Below are positions 1-8,704 of a stretch of DNA of 64,000 nt, one piece after another. The notes below the pieces were generated by a model, which was not told where the DNA came from, made no database searches, and was given only the letters and a program-made list of their open reading frames with translations. Source of the stretch: a phage; NCBI GenBank assembly GCA_018865545.1, contig GCA_018865545.1_3633.1; one strand, 5' to 3'. Positions within the stretch are counted from its first letter, which is position 1; each line of letters opens with the position of its first letter. The position numbers were made by a program, and so were the translations under genes.

Positions 1-33
1 CTACGTGCGTTAGCCTCCCTGTGTGGTTAAATT

Positions 34-468
34 TTACTCTTCTGGTGTATCCCAATCGAGATGACTATGGAGAAACTTCCTCACGTACTCCCTTGCATCC
101 GTTTCTTGTGTGTGGTCATCTGCCCACATTTTAGCCACATTCCCAGCCACTTCGTAGAGTTCCCTCTCAAAATCTGTGAGTCCTGGGAGAATATTTACCA
201 AGAGTTTTTCACTCTCTGATATATTTTGTGGGTCAAGTGTCATGCTGGGATCAATTAATGTTTTCCAACCAGACCCAAAAAATTTCTGTATTTCAAGAGA
301 TTTCCTTGTGCAACTTACAAAATATTTTGTGGTATCTTGTCTAAGCGACCCAAAAATAAATTTACCACCGTTCCAACTCTTCCATGATATATCTATGGCA
401 CACCCTAGAGACAGGAAGTGAATATCCACTAACATGTCGAAAACTTTTAATTTATTTTGCGTGTTCAT
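34..468 (-). CDS. hypothetical protein
   Basis: 144-aa ORF, no recognisable motif. Confidence 0.35.
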   Translation of the reverse strand: MNTQNKLKVFDMLVDIHFLSLGCAIDISWKSWNGGKFIFGSLRQDTTKYFVSCTRKSLEIQKFFGSGWKTLIDPSMTLDPQNISESEKLLVNILPGLTDFERELYEVAGNVAKMWADDHTQETDAREYVRKFLHSHLDWDTPEE

Positions 469-1888
469 CTAAATTTACAGCCCTTCCGAAAGGTGGTACA
501 AATTTATTATTTCCGCGACCACAAATAACCCAAAGAATATCCCATTTGCGTCCCCAATCTTTTTTCTTGTGTCTTAAATCCTCTATATATCCGTCTGTAA
601 AAATAATAACGTCTTTTGCATCAAAAATGTTATTTTCAATATACTCAAAAGCCGATGCTGCAAGTGTCCCACCCGTATAATTTACTTTATAATCAAGCAT
701 TTCCTTGATATTATCATGTGTATAAACTTTAACCTCTCCGACTTTTGTTGACCAACAGAACAATGTCACGCGAAAAACGCGGTAAAGCTGGCATAATCCT
801 ACAATTTCTCCGAAGATTTTGTCTAAATTCGCCTTCGAAATTGATCCAGACACATCGAAGCCAATAACTATATCTATAGTATTATCGTACTCCCTTCCTG
901 GTAAAACAATATGCTGTTTTTTTCCAATAGCTCCATACTGCCGAAGTGCCTGTGTCATAGATCCAGACCTACGAGATGGTTTCCTGTATGTCAGGTTAGA
1001 CTTGATCCGAGAAAGCATACGCTGTTTGATTATCTGAAGATAATTTATGTGTGGTTTACGCATTCTTGCAATAACGTCACGCACCTCTTTCGGCCCCTCT
1101 CCTCCCGCTGCTTCCATCGCGGCCTCGATAAGACCAGATGACCACGACATATTATCATCTTTTTCTGCTTGGCTTGGCACTGGGTGAGGATCTTCATATC
1201 CTAGGATATTGCTGTCTTGATCATAATCACCTATGTGTGTGCCCATAGGTTTACCAACAGACGGTTGGCCTTTGTTTATGAGACTGTAAATCTCCTCCGC
1301 TGTCTTACCGTGGAAATTAAAATCACAGTAGCAATAAGCCATAAACCCAAACTCTTTACCTTTGTCAAAGGTTGTCTGTTTCCCCATTGGGAAGAAACAC
1401 ATCTGGCTGGAGCGTGGCCCAAGATCAGACACCACTAAATCCGTGTTAATATAATGATCTGCTGCTGTGTTGTAGGTTTTAGAATCAAATGCTTTTCCAC
1501 GGGATAAATGATCGTTAGTAATATGACGTAGCTCGTGCATAAGAATAACAACAACCTCTTTGGGTGTTTTCTTACGATAAAATACGTTCACATAGTCTTT
1601 ATAGTCATCTTTTTCTTGTTGTGTCATTGTGGGGTGATTATCCACACGCTCAAAAACCTTCTTCTTCCTTTCTTCAGGCATACCCATAATAAACTCAGGG
1701 TTGAAGTAGAGGTTTTTGTGATCAGTCGCTGCTGTTGGCAACCATTTCCAGTTAGCAACTAAGGGTAGAGAACTTAACAAAGTCCCGTAAAATGGTCTGT
1801 ACTTTAAAAGAGCTATTCGTGCCGATTGGATAACTTTTACAGCATCCTTCTCTAACTTGGCAATCATTTCATATTCGTCTTTTTGCAT
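452..1888 (-). CDS. VWA-domain protein with N-terminal HExxH metallopeptidase-like domain (MoxR-partner type)
   Basis: HELRH motif; C-terminal MIDAS-like GFDVSGS and FTDG motifs of the von Willebrand A fold. Confidence 0.7.
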   Translation of the reverse strand: MQKDEYEMIAKLEKDAVKVIQSARIALLKYRPFYGTLLSSLPLVANWKWLPTAATDHKNLYFNPEFIMGMPEERKKKVFERVDNHPTMTQQEKDDYKDYVNVFYRKKTPKEVVVILMHELRHITNDHLSRGKAFDSKTYNTAADHYINTDLVVSDLGPRSSQMCFFPMGKQTTFDKGKEFGFMAYCYCDFNFHGKTAEEIYSLINKGQPSVGKPMGTHIGDYDQDSNILGYEDPHPVPSQAEKDDNMSWSSGLIEAAMEAAGGEGPKEVRDVIARMRKPHINYLQIIKQRMLSRIKSNLTYRKPSRRSGSMTQALRQYGAIGKKQHIVLPGREYDNTIDIVIGFDVSGSISKANLDKIFGEIVGLCQLYRVFRVTLFCWSTKVGEVKVYTHDNIKEMLDYKVNYTGGTLAASAFEYIENNIFDAKDVIIFTDGYIEDLRHKKKDWGRKWDILWVICGRGNNKFVPPFGRAVNLDEHAK

Positions 1889-1899
1889 AATTATGCTCC

Positions 1900-1932
1900 A
1901 TACAAAAATAGGCTATCTTTCGACAGCCTATT
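1900..1932 (-). terminator. rho-independent terminator
   Basis: 8-bp stem AATAGGCT/AGCCTATT with 10-nt loop, U-rich tract on minus strand; between stop of 1940..2203 and start of 452..1888. Confidence 0.45.
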
Positions 1933-1939
1933 ATACTTG

Positions 1940-2203
1940 TTATTTTTTACTTGTAAATAATTCTATGGTATCAAGCGGCATAAAATTATTACCGCCAGTT
2001 AATCTGGCTCCCCATACCGGAACTTGTCCTCCAGTTGGTTGGTGTGGGAACATAAATAATACTATAGCCTCTACAGAAGTTATAACGTTTCTGGCATTTT
2101 TATAACGAACCCTATCACCAACTTTAAAATTTGGTTTCTTTCCAGATTCAATCATCTGGGCTTCTTGATCGGTAGCTGGCCTTCCAAGAATCTCTTCAAA
2201 CAT
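1940..2203 (-). CDS. hypothetical protein
   Basis: 87-aa ORF in operon-like arrangement. Confidence 0.35.
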   Translation of the reverse strand: MFEEILGRPATDQEAQMIESGKKPNFKVGDRVRYKNARNVITSVEAIVLFMFPHQPTGGQVPVWGARLTGGNNFMPLDTIELFTSKK

Positions 2204-2204
2204 A

Positions 2205-2393
2205 TTATTTTACCTCTTTATTACCGACATTCCACCAACTTACAGCAGTAGGCTCACTCAGAGCCTGTGGCCCAGATGTTCCACATTTCTGGCAGTAAAT
2301 GTAGTGAAATATTGTTTGACCAGAGCGTGATTGTTTAAGCAGAAGTGCATCATTTTTACAAAACGGACACGGTTTTGGTAGAGAATCTTTCAT
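2205..2393 (-). CDS. Lar-like restriction-alleviation zinc-finger protein
   Basis: 62 aa; CPFC...CQKCG cysteine pairs and SWWN motif resembling the Lar family. Confidence 0.5.
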   Translation of the reverse strand: MKDSLPKPCPFCKNDALLLKQSRSGQTIFHYIYCQKCGTSGPQALSEPTAVSWWNVGNKEVK

Positions 2394-3208
2394 TAAACCA
2401 CCTTGTTCAGCATAGCTGTAATTTTTGGTAAACTCATTTTCGTATTGATCATGAGTTGTGTTAATGCTGTTTCCATCTTTTCAGAAACAATAATGAAGTT
2501 GTCTTTTGCAAACCCAAGATCTAAATCCATAATGAGAATAGGTTTTGGTGTTTTTGTTAACTTCTCCCCTGTTAGAGAACAGGTGTTTCTTGAATATTTA
2601 GCCTTAAATTGTGCATAAGTAACGCTAACATTCATACCTGCTTCTGCAAATGTTTTACAGTAGTTTGCGTATGCAAGTGCAATTTCAACATCGTCAGGAA
2701 GAGATTTTTCTTTCATCTCTTCAACCTGCTCATCAATAATTACGTTCTCTGTCTCTTTCATATCTGTTTCCGTAGGTATGTATTTAAGTTTTAACTTTTC
2801 CAAGTGATCCTTTGACATATTTAACATCATTCCTTGGACGATATCCATGTCGAGTGGATCTACAATCGTTAGAGCTTTCTTTTTGTCTACAAGAAAATCT
2901 TTTAACTGGTTTGCTCTCTTACCGACTACACAAACGTTTCCACGAACATACCCTTTTTTGTCATCTATTCGTTCAACAGACGGGTAGAGGGGGTCATTAG
3001 GTGTCGCAGAAAAAGGTAGGCCTGTGTAATCACAAACACCTTTCCCAAGTAATCCGTTGCCCATCATAAACCAGTCATCTTCTGTCAGATTGAACTCTAT
3101 ACCTCTCGCTTTGGTATTCCTCTTTTTGAAAAAGAGTCGTGTTTTGAGATACCTTATCTCTTTGGTTGTAAACTCTTCATTCCAGTTCATACAGAATATC
3201 TCTGTCAC
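2393..3208 (-). CDS. hypothetical protein with degenerate HNH-like motif
   Basis: 271 aa; PSVERIDDKKGYVRGNV segment resembles nuclease-associated DNA-binding motifs; acidic C-terminal half. Confidence 0.35.
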   Translation of the reverse strand: MTEIFCMNWNEEFTTKEIRYLKTRLFFKKRNTKARGIEFNLTEDDWFMMGNGLLGKGVCDYTGLPFSATPNDPLYPSVERIDDKKGYVRGNVCVVGKRANQLKDFLVDKKKALTIVDPLDMDIVQGMMLNMSKDHLEKLKLKYIPTETDMKETENVIIDEQVEEMKEKSLPDDVEIALAYANYCKTFAEAGMNVSVTYAQFKAKYSRNTCSLTGEKLTKTPKPILIMDLDLGFAKDNFIIVSEKMETALTQLMINTKMSLPKITAMLNKVV

Positions 3209-3254
3209 TTAACTTGTGTTCGTAGTATCTCACAAATTTCCAGTTTGTCAAGTA

Positions 3255-3283
3255 TTGACTTTGATTTTTTAGTTATGTACATT
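3255..3283 (+). promoter_or_regulatory. candidate sigma70-type promoter
   Basis: TTGACT, 17-nt spacer, TACATT; in the divergent intergenic region upstream of ATG 3320. Confidence 0.25.
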
Positions 3284-3319
3284 CCTCATAACCAATGAAA
3301 ATATTTTTGGAGTTTGACC

Positions 3320-4174
3320 ATGGCAAAGATACCTGACGAAAACATTTCTTCTTATTTTGATGACTACCTGCATCACACAAAATCTATGAAAATAAATTTT
3401 AATGTATTCCGTGAAGCCATTATAAGGGAAGTTGAAAGTCGCCACCATGAACCAAACCCTTTAATAGAACTCATAAAACATGCTGTGCTTATGTGTTTTG
3501 ATACTCTGGATAGGAAATGTTACTGGAAATATTATGTTGAAGCTGACGAGCGTGCTTACATGGCAAGCGTAAACTTAACGCATGAGTTTTCAAGCTATGA
3601 TATTACTTGTGGGCAAATAACAATTTCTTTCCAAGGCTTTAATTATGGAATGTGTTTAGCAGGATCGTTGTCTGCACGAACACAAAAATTCCTGTCTGTT
3701 TTGTCCCAATTGGGGCATTGGGATGGTAATATGTTTTCCATAAAGGCTTCCTATGTCAGAACAAACCCAGATATTCTCCACATCAGGGAGATTAACTCCA
3801 GTTTTGGATCCTTTTCTCTGGCGGGTTGTTATGGAATGTTTTACCAAACAAAGATGTATGATTATGCAGGTCATGCTGCAATTAAGATAGCCAACACGCC
3901 AAACGTAGAGAATAAGAAATCGCACTACTACTTGGTGTGTAATACCCAAGAAGTAATGTACCATCGTGTTGTAGAAAAGGAGCTAAAAGAGCTTATCTTG
4001 GGGGAGATCCCTACCCAAGAGGAACGCTCAATGATAGAAATGGCTGGGTACAAAGGAGAATTTTTTCTTGATTCTCTTGTAGATTTTGATAATATTGGTA
4101 TAAAACCCTTTAACATGCAAGAGGCATATGAATGGCACAATCGAAGTCTGTCCCCAGTAACATGCAAGATTTAA
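3320..4174 (+). CDS. hypothetical protein
   Basis: ORF from ATG 3320 (track start 3314 is TTG); no motif recognised. Confidence 0.45.
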   Translation: MAKIPDENISSYFDDYLHHTKSMKINFNVFREAIIREVESRHHEPNPLIELIKHAVLMCFDTLDRKCYWKYYVEADERAYMASVNLTHEFSSYDITCGQITISFQGFNYGMCLAGSLSARTQKFLSVLSQLGHWDGNMFSIKASYVRTNPDILHIREINSSFGSFSLAGCYGMFYQTKMYDYAGHAAIKIANTPNVENKKSHYYLVCNTQEVMYHRVVEKELKELILGEIPTQEERSMIEMAGYKGEFFLDSLVDFDNIGIKPFNMQEAYEWHNRSLSPVTCKI

Positions 4175-4629
4175 GACCCCATCAGGAGTTGGCTTTAGCT
4201 ATAAAATTGGCCTCTGAAAACCATCTTAAGCAAAAAGATCGTGGTGGAATGCCCTACATTCTTCACCCATTAAGGGTGATGCATGAACTTGGTAATGATG
4301 ACTTACAGCTAATGGCAATCGGTGTCCTTCACGATATCCTTGAGGATACTAAAGTTACAGCTTACGATTTGGTAATGTTAGGGTTCACTAACAGAGTAAA
4401 AGATGCAGTTCTTCTGCTAACAAAGAAACAGAGCCTGACTGAAGAAGAGTACATTGAGGGCATCTGTACTAATTATGATGCGATTCGTGTAAAACTCGCT
4501 GATTTAAAAGACAATATGGACGTAAAACGTCTTAAATCCTTATCAGATAAGGATTTGGCAAGGTTAAAGAAATACCATGAAATGCATCTTAAACTTGCTG
4601 ATGCAAGAAAAAGATTCGAGGGGAAATAA
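4132..4629 (+). CDS. HD-domain hydrolase, small alarmone hydrolase (Rel/SpoT HD)-like
   Basis: HPLRV...LMAIGVLHDILEDT matches the HD signature of (p)ppGpp hydrolase domains; 165 aa. Confidence 0.55.
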   Translation: MAQSKSVPSNMQDLRPHQELALAIKLASENHLKQKDRGGMPYILHPLRVMHELGNDDLQLMAIGVLHDILEDTKVTAYDLVMLGFTNRVKDAVLLLTKKQSLTEEEYIEGICTNYDAIRVKLADLKDNMDVKRLKSLSDKDLARLKKYHEMHLKLADARKRFEGK

Positions 4630-4844
4630 TGAATGTTTATCAACCACATCCATTTGATCCAAAGAACAAAGCGGTGATCCACAGAGAATGGGTGGAGAGA
4701 AGGAAAACAGACTGTCCTGTTAAAGGTACAGAGGATTACAATAGGTTTTACATAGCAAAGTTTGTTGAGTATACTTTTATTAACAAAAAGGGTAAGAAAG
4801 TGCATGTTGCAGAATACCCTTTATGGATAAAATGGGAGGATTAG
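4629..4844 (+). CDS. hypothetical protein
   Basis: 71-aa ORF tightly packed with neighbours. Confidence 0.4.
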   Translation: MNVYQPHPFDPKNKAVIHREWVERRKTDCPVKGTEDYNRFYIAKFVEYTFINKKGKKVHVAEYPLWIKWED

Positions 4845-4845
4845 G

Positions 4846-5040
4846 ATGTATTGTAAACAACAATATACCCACAAAGGAACCATTAGGAAAAAGCAGTTCG
4901 GTTGGGTATGGGAAGACAAGTTAAAAGATGAAGGTGCTTATTGGGTAGCATTTGAAAGCAAGGCAAAATACCGTAAGAAAGACGGTAAACGAGTGGGTGG
5001 TGATGAATATCTTGATTTAGAATCTGTTAAGGAGTTATAA
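4846..5040 (+). CDS. hypothetical protein
   Basis: 64-aa ORF. Confidence 0.4.
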   Translation: MYCKQQYTHKGTIRKKQFGWVWEDKLKDEGAYWVAFESKAKYRKKDGKRVGGDEYLDLESVKEL

Positions 5041-5041
5041 A

Positions 5042-5398
5042 ATGGCACAGTGGAAACATCGACTTGATTTACGTGATATCTGGAAAGGTAATCCCGTAGA
5101 AGGTAAGGTAGAGCCTTGGGCAGATGATAATATTCACCTGTTTGTGGACATGCTTGTAAAAAGAGTAAAACGACTTTTACCAAAGCAAACTGATGAAGAG
5201 AATGCTGACTTCGATGGATGGTTGTATGATATTCTTGAAGAAATGCAGCATATTCTCACATATGAAGAATACTTGGAAATCTGTAGCAAAGAAGATAACC
5301 CCAACCTTATCGTGAGTCCTCTACAGCAGTTCAATCTGGCTTTGAACGAGTTCTACGACTGGTGTGATGAGAACAGAGTTTGGGTGGATAAGTGGTAA
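5042..5398 (+). CDS. hypothetical protein
   Basis: 118-aa ORF. Confidence 0.45.
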   Translation: MAQWKHRLDLRDIWKGNPVEGKVEPWADDNIHLFVDMLVKRVKRLLPKQTDEENADFDGWLYDILEEMQHILTYEEYLEICSKEDNPNLIVSPLQQFNLALNEFYDWCDENRVWVDKW

Positions 5399-5634
5399 AA
5401 CCTCTTGATTTTTCAGAGAGAGCGGAGTATTTAAAAACCGTTGTTAGAGCGAGGATGACACGACGACAATGGTTTTTAGTTTTTGGTGCAGAAAGAGTAG
5501 ACAATTTTTCTGCCAAAGACCTTGCATCAAGCATTATGAATCTGTATGCTGATATTGAATCAGCAGATATAGACAGTATCATTGAAAGTTATCTTGAGCA
5601 GAAGAACGATTTAAGGAACGAGACGAATGTCTAG
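5392..5634 (+). CDS. hypothetical protein
   Basis: 80-aa ORF overlapping neighbours by a few nt. Confidence 0.4.
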   Translation: MVKPLDFSERAEYLKTVVRARMTRRQWFLVFGAERVDNFSAKDLASSIMNLYADIESADIDSIIESYLEQKNDLRNETNV

Positions 5635-6835
5635 TAGAAATATTTTTGAAGATCATCGTGTTACACTCCGTGATATTCCAAGCCTCATGAAATTTTGTAA
5701 GAAGGCAAACAAAGCACTTATGATGTTTGGTGGTGCTGGGCTTGGTAAGAGTCAAGTCATGAAGCAAGTTGCCAATGAGATGTTTGGTGAACGAGATGAT
5801 AATCTCGTTGATTTTCGTCTTGCGGATAAAGATCCGACAGACGTAGTCGGTGTACAGATTCCTGTAACAGACGACAATGGAAAAACACGTACAGTCTATG
5901 CGCTACCAGATTTCTGGCCAGAAGACCCAGATTGGGAAGGTATTATTTTCCTTGATGAACTTTTACATGCTGATAACTACTTACAGAAAGTAGCTTTCCA
6001 AATTGTTTTGGATCATAAGATTGGTAAGTACACCTTTCCAAAAGGTGCAGTTTTTGCAGCGGCAGGGAACCGTCCTGGTGATGGTACGGCAGTGACCATG
6101 ATGGAAGCTCCTTTGGCTAACCGTTTTATTGTTGTGGAACTTGATTACGATGCCTCTGTGTGGATGCAGGATTATGCGTTGCGTAAAAATGTGCATCCAT
6201 CAGTAATTGGCTTTATCCAGGCCAATCCTGATAAACTGGAAAACTTCGAGGCCATGTATGAGATTAACAGTCCTGCATATGCCACACCACGAACTTGGGT
6301 TACTGCAAGTGATATTCTGTATGCGTATGAGGATGGTGATCTTACTTCCCGTCTTGCAATGGCTGCTTTGCAAGGGTGTATTGGTGGGCCATTAATGAAA
6401 GAGTTATGGTATTACCATACTCGCGTTGCTGATATGGTCCCCATTGAGAAAGTAATGGATGGTTCAATTAAGGAACACACTGGCTCTGATAGCTCTGATG
6501 TATTGTGGACGCTAGGATCACAAGGTTGCATCTGGCTACGTAAGGCTATGAAGAATACCAACTACACAGATGATCAGATTATTGACTTCTCAGCCAATTT
6601 CTTGCAATATCTGTATGATAACTTTGGTAAAGATGATGCTCATTCCAACCGCGATTTTGTATCATCTGTCTTCATGACGTTTATTAATGACAGTTCCACA
6701 GGGAAGGGTATTTTGTTAGATGGCCTTCGTGACAGACTGCCAGCGAAGTTACTTAAGAAGTATCCTGTCGTCATGCAGATTATTACTGAATATCACAAGA
6801 ACTTTGCAAAAGATGTAGATGCAATTTTAAATTAA
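5627..6835 (+). CDS. MoxR-like AAA+ ATPase
   Basis: Walker A GGAGLGKS, Walker B IIFLDEL, sensor AAGN. Confidence 0.75.
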   Translation: MSSRNIFEDHRVTLRDIPSLMKFCKKANKALMMFGGAGLGKSQVMKQVANEMFGERDDNLVDFRLADKDPTDVVGVQIPVTDDNGKTRTVYALPDFWPEDPDWEGIIFLDELLHADNYLQKVAFQIVLDHKIGKYTFPKGAVFAAAGNRPGDGTAVTMMEAPLANRFIVVELDYDASVWMQDYALRKNVHPSVIGFIQANPDKLENFEAMYEINSPAYATPRTWVTASDILYAYEDGDLTSRLAMAALQGCIGGPLMKELWYYHTRVADMVPIEKVMDGSIKEHTGSDSSDVLWTLGSQGCIWLRKAMKNTNYTDDQIIDFSANFLQYLYDNFGKDDAHSNRDFVSSVFMTFINDSSTGKGILLDGLRDRLPAKLLKKYPVVMQIITEYHKNFAKDVDAILN

Positions 6836-6837
6836 TA

Positions 6838-6862
6838 GCAGCAGCCTAATGGCTGCTTTTCC
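6838..6862 (+). terminator. rho-independent terminator
   Basis: stem AGCAGCC/GGCTGCT, loop TAAT, then TTTT directly after the MoxR stop. Confidence 0.55.
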
Positions 6863-6875
6863 CAGGAATACCTGA

Positions 6876-7292
6876 ATGAATGATATGTGGATAAAAACAC
6901 CAAATGGTGTTAAAGATCTTGATGTTGGTAGATGGCTTGTCGTTTTGGCAGATGGTGAGATCGGTATTTGTGAATCCTATCAAGGTTATAACAGCATTGT
7001 TCATGTCATCAATGGATCTTTCTACTTTGATTGTGAACCTGTCATTGCTTATATGCCTATGCCATCTGTCAGTAATCTTCTGAAAGAGCATTTTAAAACA
7101 GATGCTAATTTTAAGACCGCTGGAGCTAAGGTGATGGATCTTGATGATTGGAATTTCGGTGTCCTAGCGGCGATTTTTAGCCCTGAAGATGGGAATGGAT
7201 ACTGGTGTCCTAACGATAGCTATGAATCTGACGTTTCAGTATGGGATAAAAAGCCAGACTGGGCCACACATGTGGTATGGTATAATCGTTGA
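6876..7292 (+). CDS. hypothetical protein
   Basis: 138-aa ORF. Confidence 0.45.
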   Translation: MNDMWIKTPNGVKDLDVGRWLVVLADGEIGICESYQGYNSIVHVINGSFYFDCEPVIAYMPMPSVSNLLKEHFKTDANFKTAGAKVMDLDDWNFGVLAAIFSPEDGNGYWCPNDSYESDVSVWDKKPDWATHVVWYNR

Positions 7293-7468
7293 TGGCAAAA
7301 CATAAATTTAAGAAAGACCAGCTACATGAGAAATGGTGGATTGAAAGATCCGATATGGTTATGGCTGGGTACACCTATAAAAATAAGCGTGTGTTTGTTG
7401 TTTGTGCTAAAAATAAAAGCGAGGCATTGGAAAGTATGAATGCCTTCCTTGAAAGGAGTTGTGAATGA
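7292..7468 (+). CDS. hypothetical small protein
   Basis: 58-aa ORF absent from the track (<60 aa); ATGA start/stop overlaps on both sides suggest translational coupling. Confidence 0.35.
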   Translation: MAKHKFKKDQLHEKWWIERSDMVMAGYTYKNKRVFVVCAKNKSEALESMNAFLERSCE

Positions 7469-7647
7469 AGGTTAAAATGATTTCTGATTTTTCGGATGTT
7501 GATGGATATCCAAAAACAGGAGATATTCTTGAAGTAAGAGAAGAAATATTTAATGGTAGTTTTCTTGAGTGTTACTCTTGCGAATGGAATGGGAAAAGAC
7601 TGGATATCTATCCATACGAATGCGAAGAGGTATCAGACAATGCTTAA
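7465..7647 (+). CDS. hypothetical protein
   Basis: 60-aa ORF. Confidence 0.35.
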   Translation: MKVKMISDFSDVDGYPKTGDILEVREEIFNGSFLECYSCEWNGKRLDIYPYECEEVSDNA

Positions 7648-8161
7648 GTATAAAGTTGGTTGCTTAATAGAGGCAGCACTTAAAAGGGATGTTAATGTGA
7701 TAGCTCATGGTTGTAATACATTTTGCACCATGGGGTCTGGAATTGCTAAAGAAATAAAGAATACATTCCCAAAAATGTATGCTGAAGATTTAAAGACAGA
7801 GAAAGGTGATCGAACAAAACTGGGCAGTTATACTTGGGTTGTCATGAACGAAGGTAAACTGGCTGGTTTTAATCTGTACACACAATACGGTTATAATGGG
7901 CGTAGAATGGGTGTGAGGGATCTGAATTATAACGCCCTTTACGATTCCTTAGCAGCAATGCGAGATTGTTTGCAAAGGCACACAGATGGCTTTATGTCTG
8001 ATTATAAGATCGGGCTGCCAAAAATAGGTGCTGGACTAGCAGGTGGGGATTGGAAAATCATAGAAACTATGATAGAATCTGTTCTCCATGATTGTGATGT
8101 GACAATTTATGTCTTAAATGAAGAGGAGATCCCCGATGGCAAAAGAGAACATGCATCCTGA
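7640..8161 (+). CDS. macro-domain (ADP-ribose binding/hydrolase-like) protein
   Basis: VNVIAHGCNTFCTMGSGIAKEI and GLPKIGAGLAGGDW resemble the two glycine-rich macro-domain loops; start moved to ATG 7640. Confidence 0.5.
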   Translation: MLKYKVGCLIEAALKRDVNVIAHGCNTFCTMGSGIAKEIKNTFPKMYAEDLKTEKGDRTKLGSYTWVVMNEGKLAGFNLYTQYGYNGRRMGVRDLNYNALYDSLAAMRDCLQRHTDGFMSDYKIGLPKIGAGLAGGDWKIIETMIESVLHDCDVTIYVLNEEEIPDGKREHAS

Positions 8162-8321
8162 TATTGCTTACGATAAAATTGCGGAAGCAATTAAAAGTAT
8201 TGATCCAAAAATTGTAGATGTGTTAGATCGTAAAGATGCTATGAGCGCAATTTATGACGCTTGCTATGAAGTTCTGTGGCAAGATGGTATGGAAGATATC
8301 GACGAGGTGGAGGGCCAATGA
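8136..8321 (+). CDS. hypothetical protein
   Basis: start at ATG 8136 preceded by GAGGAG. Confidence 0.35.
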   Translation: MAKENMHPDIAYDKIAEAIKSIDPKIVDVLDRKDAMSAIYDACYEVLWQDGMEDIDEVEGQ

Positions 8322-8704
8322 TGGAAAGTAAATCTGTAACAGGCGTATCTAAAGATACTTATGTCTGTGGGAAGAGATACGCTGGTATCCTGTTTGGTGC
8401 TGAACCCTATTTCGGTTTTGGTTATACAAAAGATGTGCGTTGTATCTGCGGATACTTAGCAGATGACCTCAAAAAGCGTGGATTTAGCGGTTCTAATATC
8501 AGGACTTCTGTTGTCGAAAGTCTGATTATGCACGATGGGGAAATCTATGCTATTACGATGAACAGCGCCTATCGCTTAGGTAGCCTCCAATTACAACATT
8601 TTATCTCCAGTCCTGTATGGAGTCAGGAGATCACGAAACTTCTCGCCCAAGCAACTCTTGGTGTGACTTTTATTAATAAGGAAGATAGTAATGCAAGCAA
8701 CTAA
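8318..8704 (+). CDS. hypothetical protein
   Basis: start at ATG 8318 preceded by GGAGG. Confidence 0.4.
   Translation: MMESKSVTGVSKDTYVCGKRYAGILFGAEPYFGFGYTKDVRCICGYLADDLKKRGFSGSNIRTSVVESLIMHDGEIYAITMNSAYRLGSLQLQHFISSPVWSQEITKLLAQATLGVTFINKEDSNASN

Noticed and set aside
819-1037. Short ORFs antisense to or nested inside long genes (for example 819..1037, 3656..3964, 35082..35540, 40207..40530, 60329..60754, 61423..62010)
   Set aside because: They are fully embedded in longer ORFs with recognisable motifs or positional support, lack ribosome-binding sites, and are the expected background of six-frame translation.
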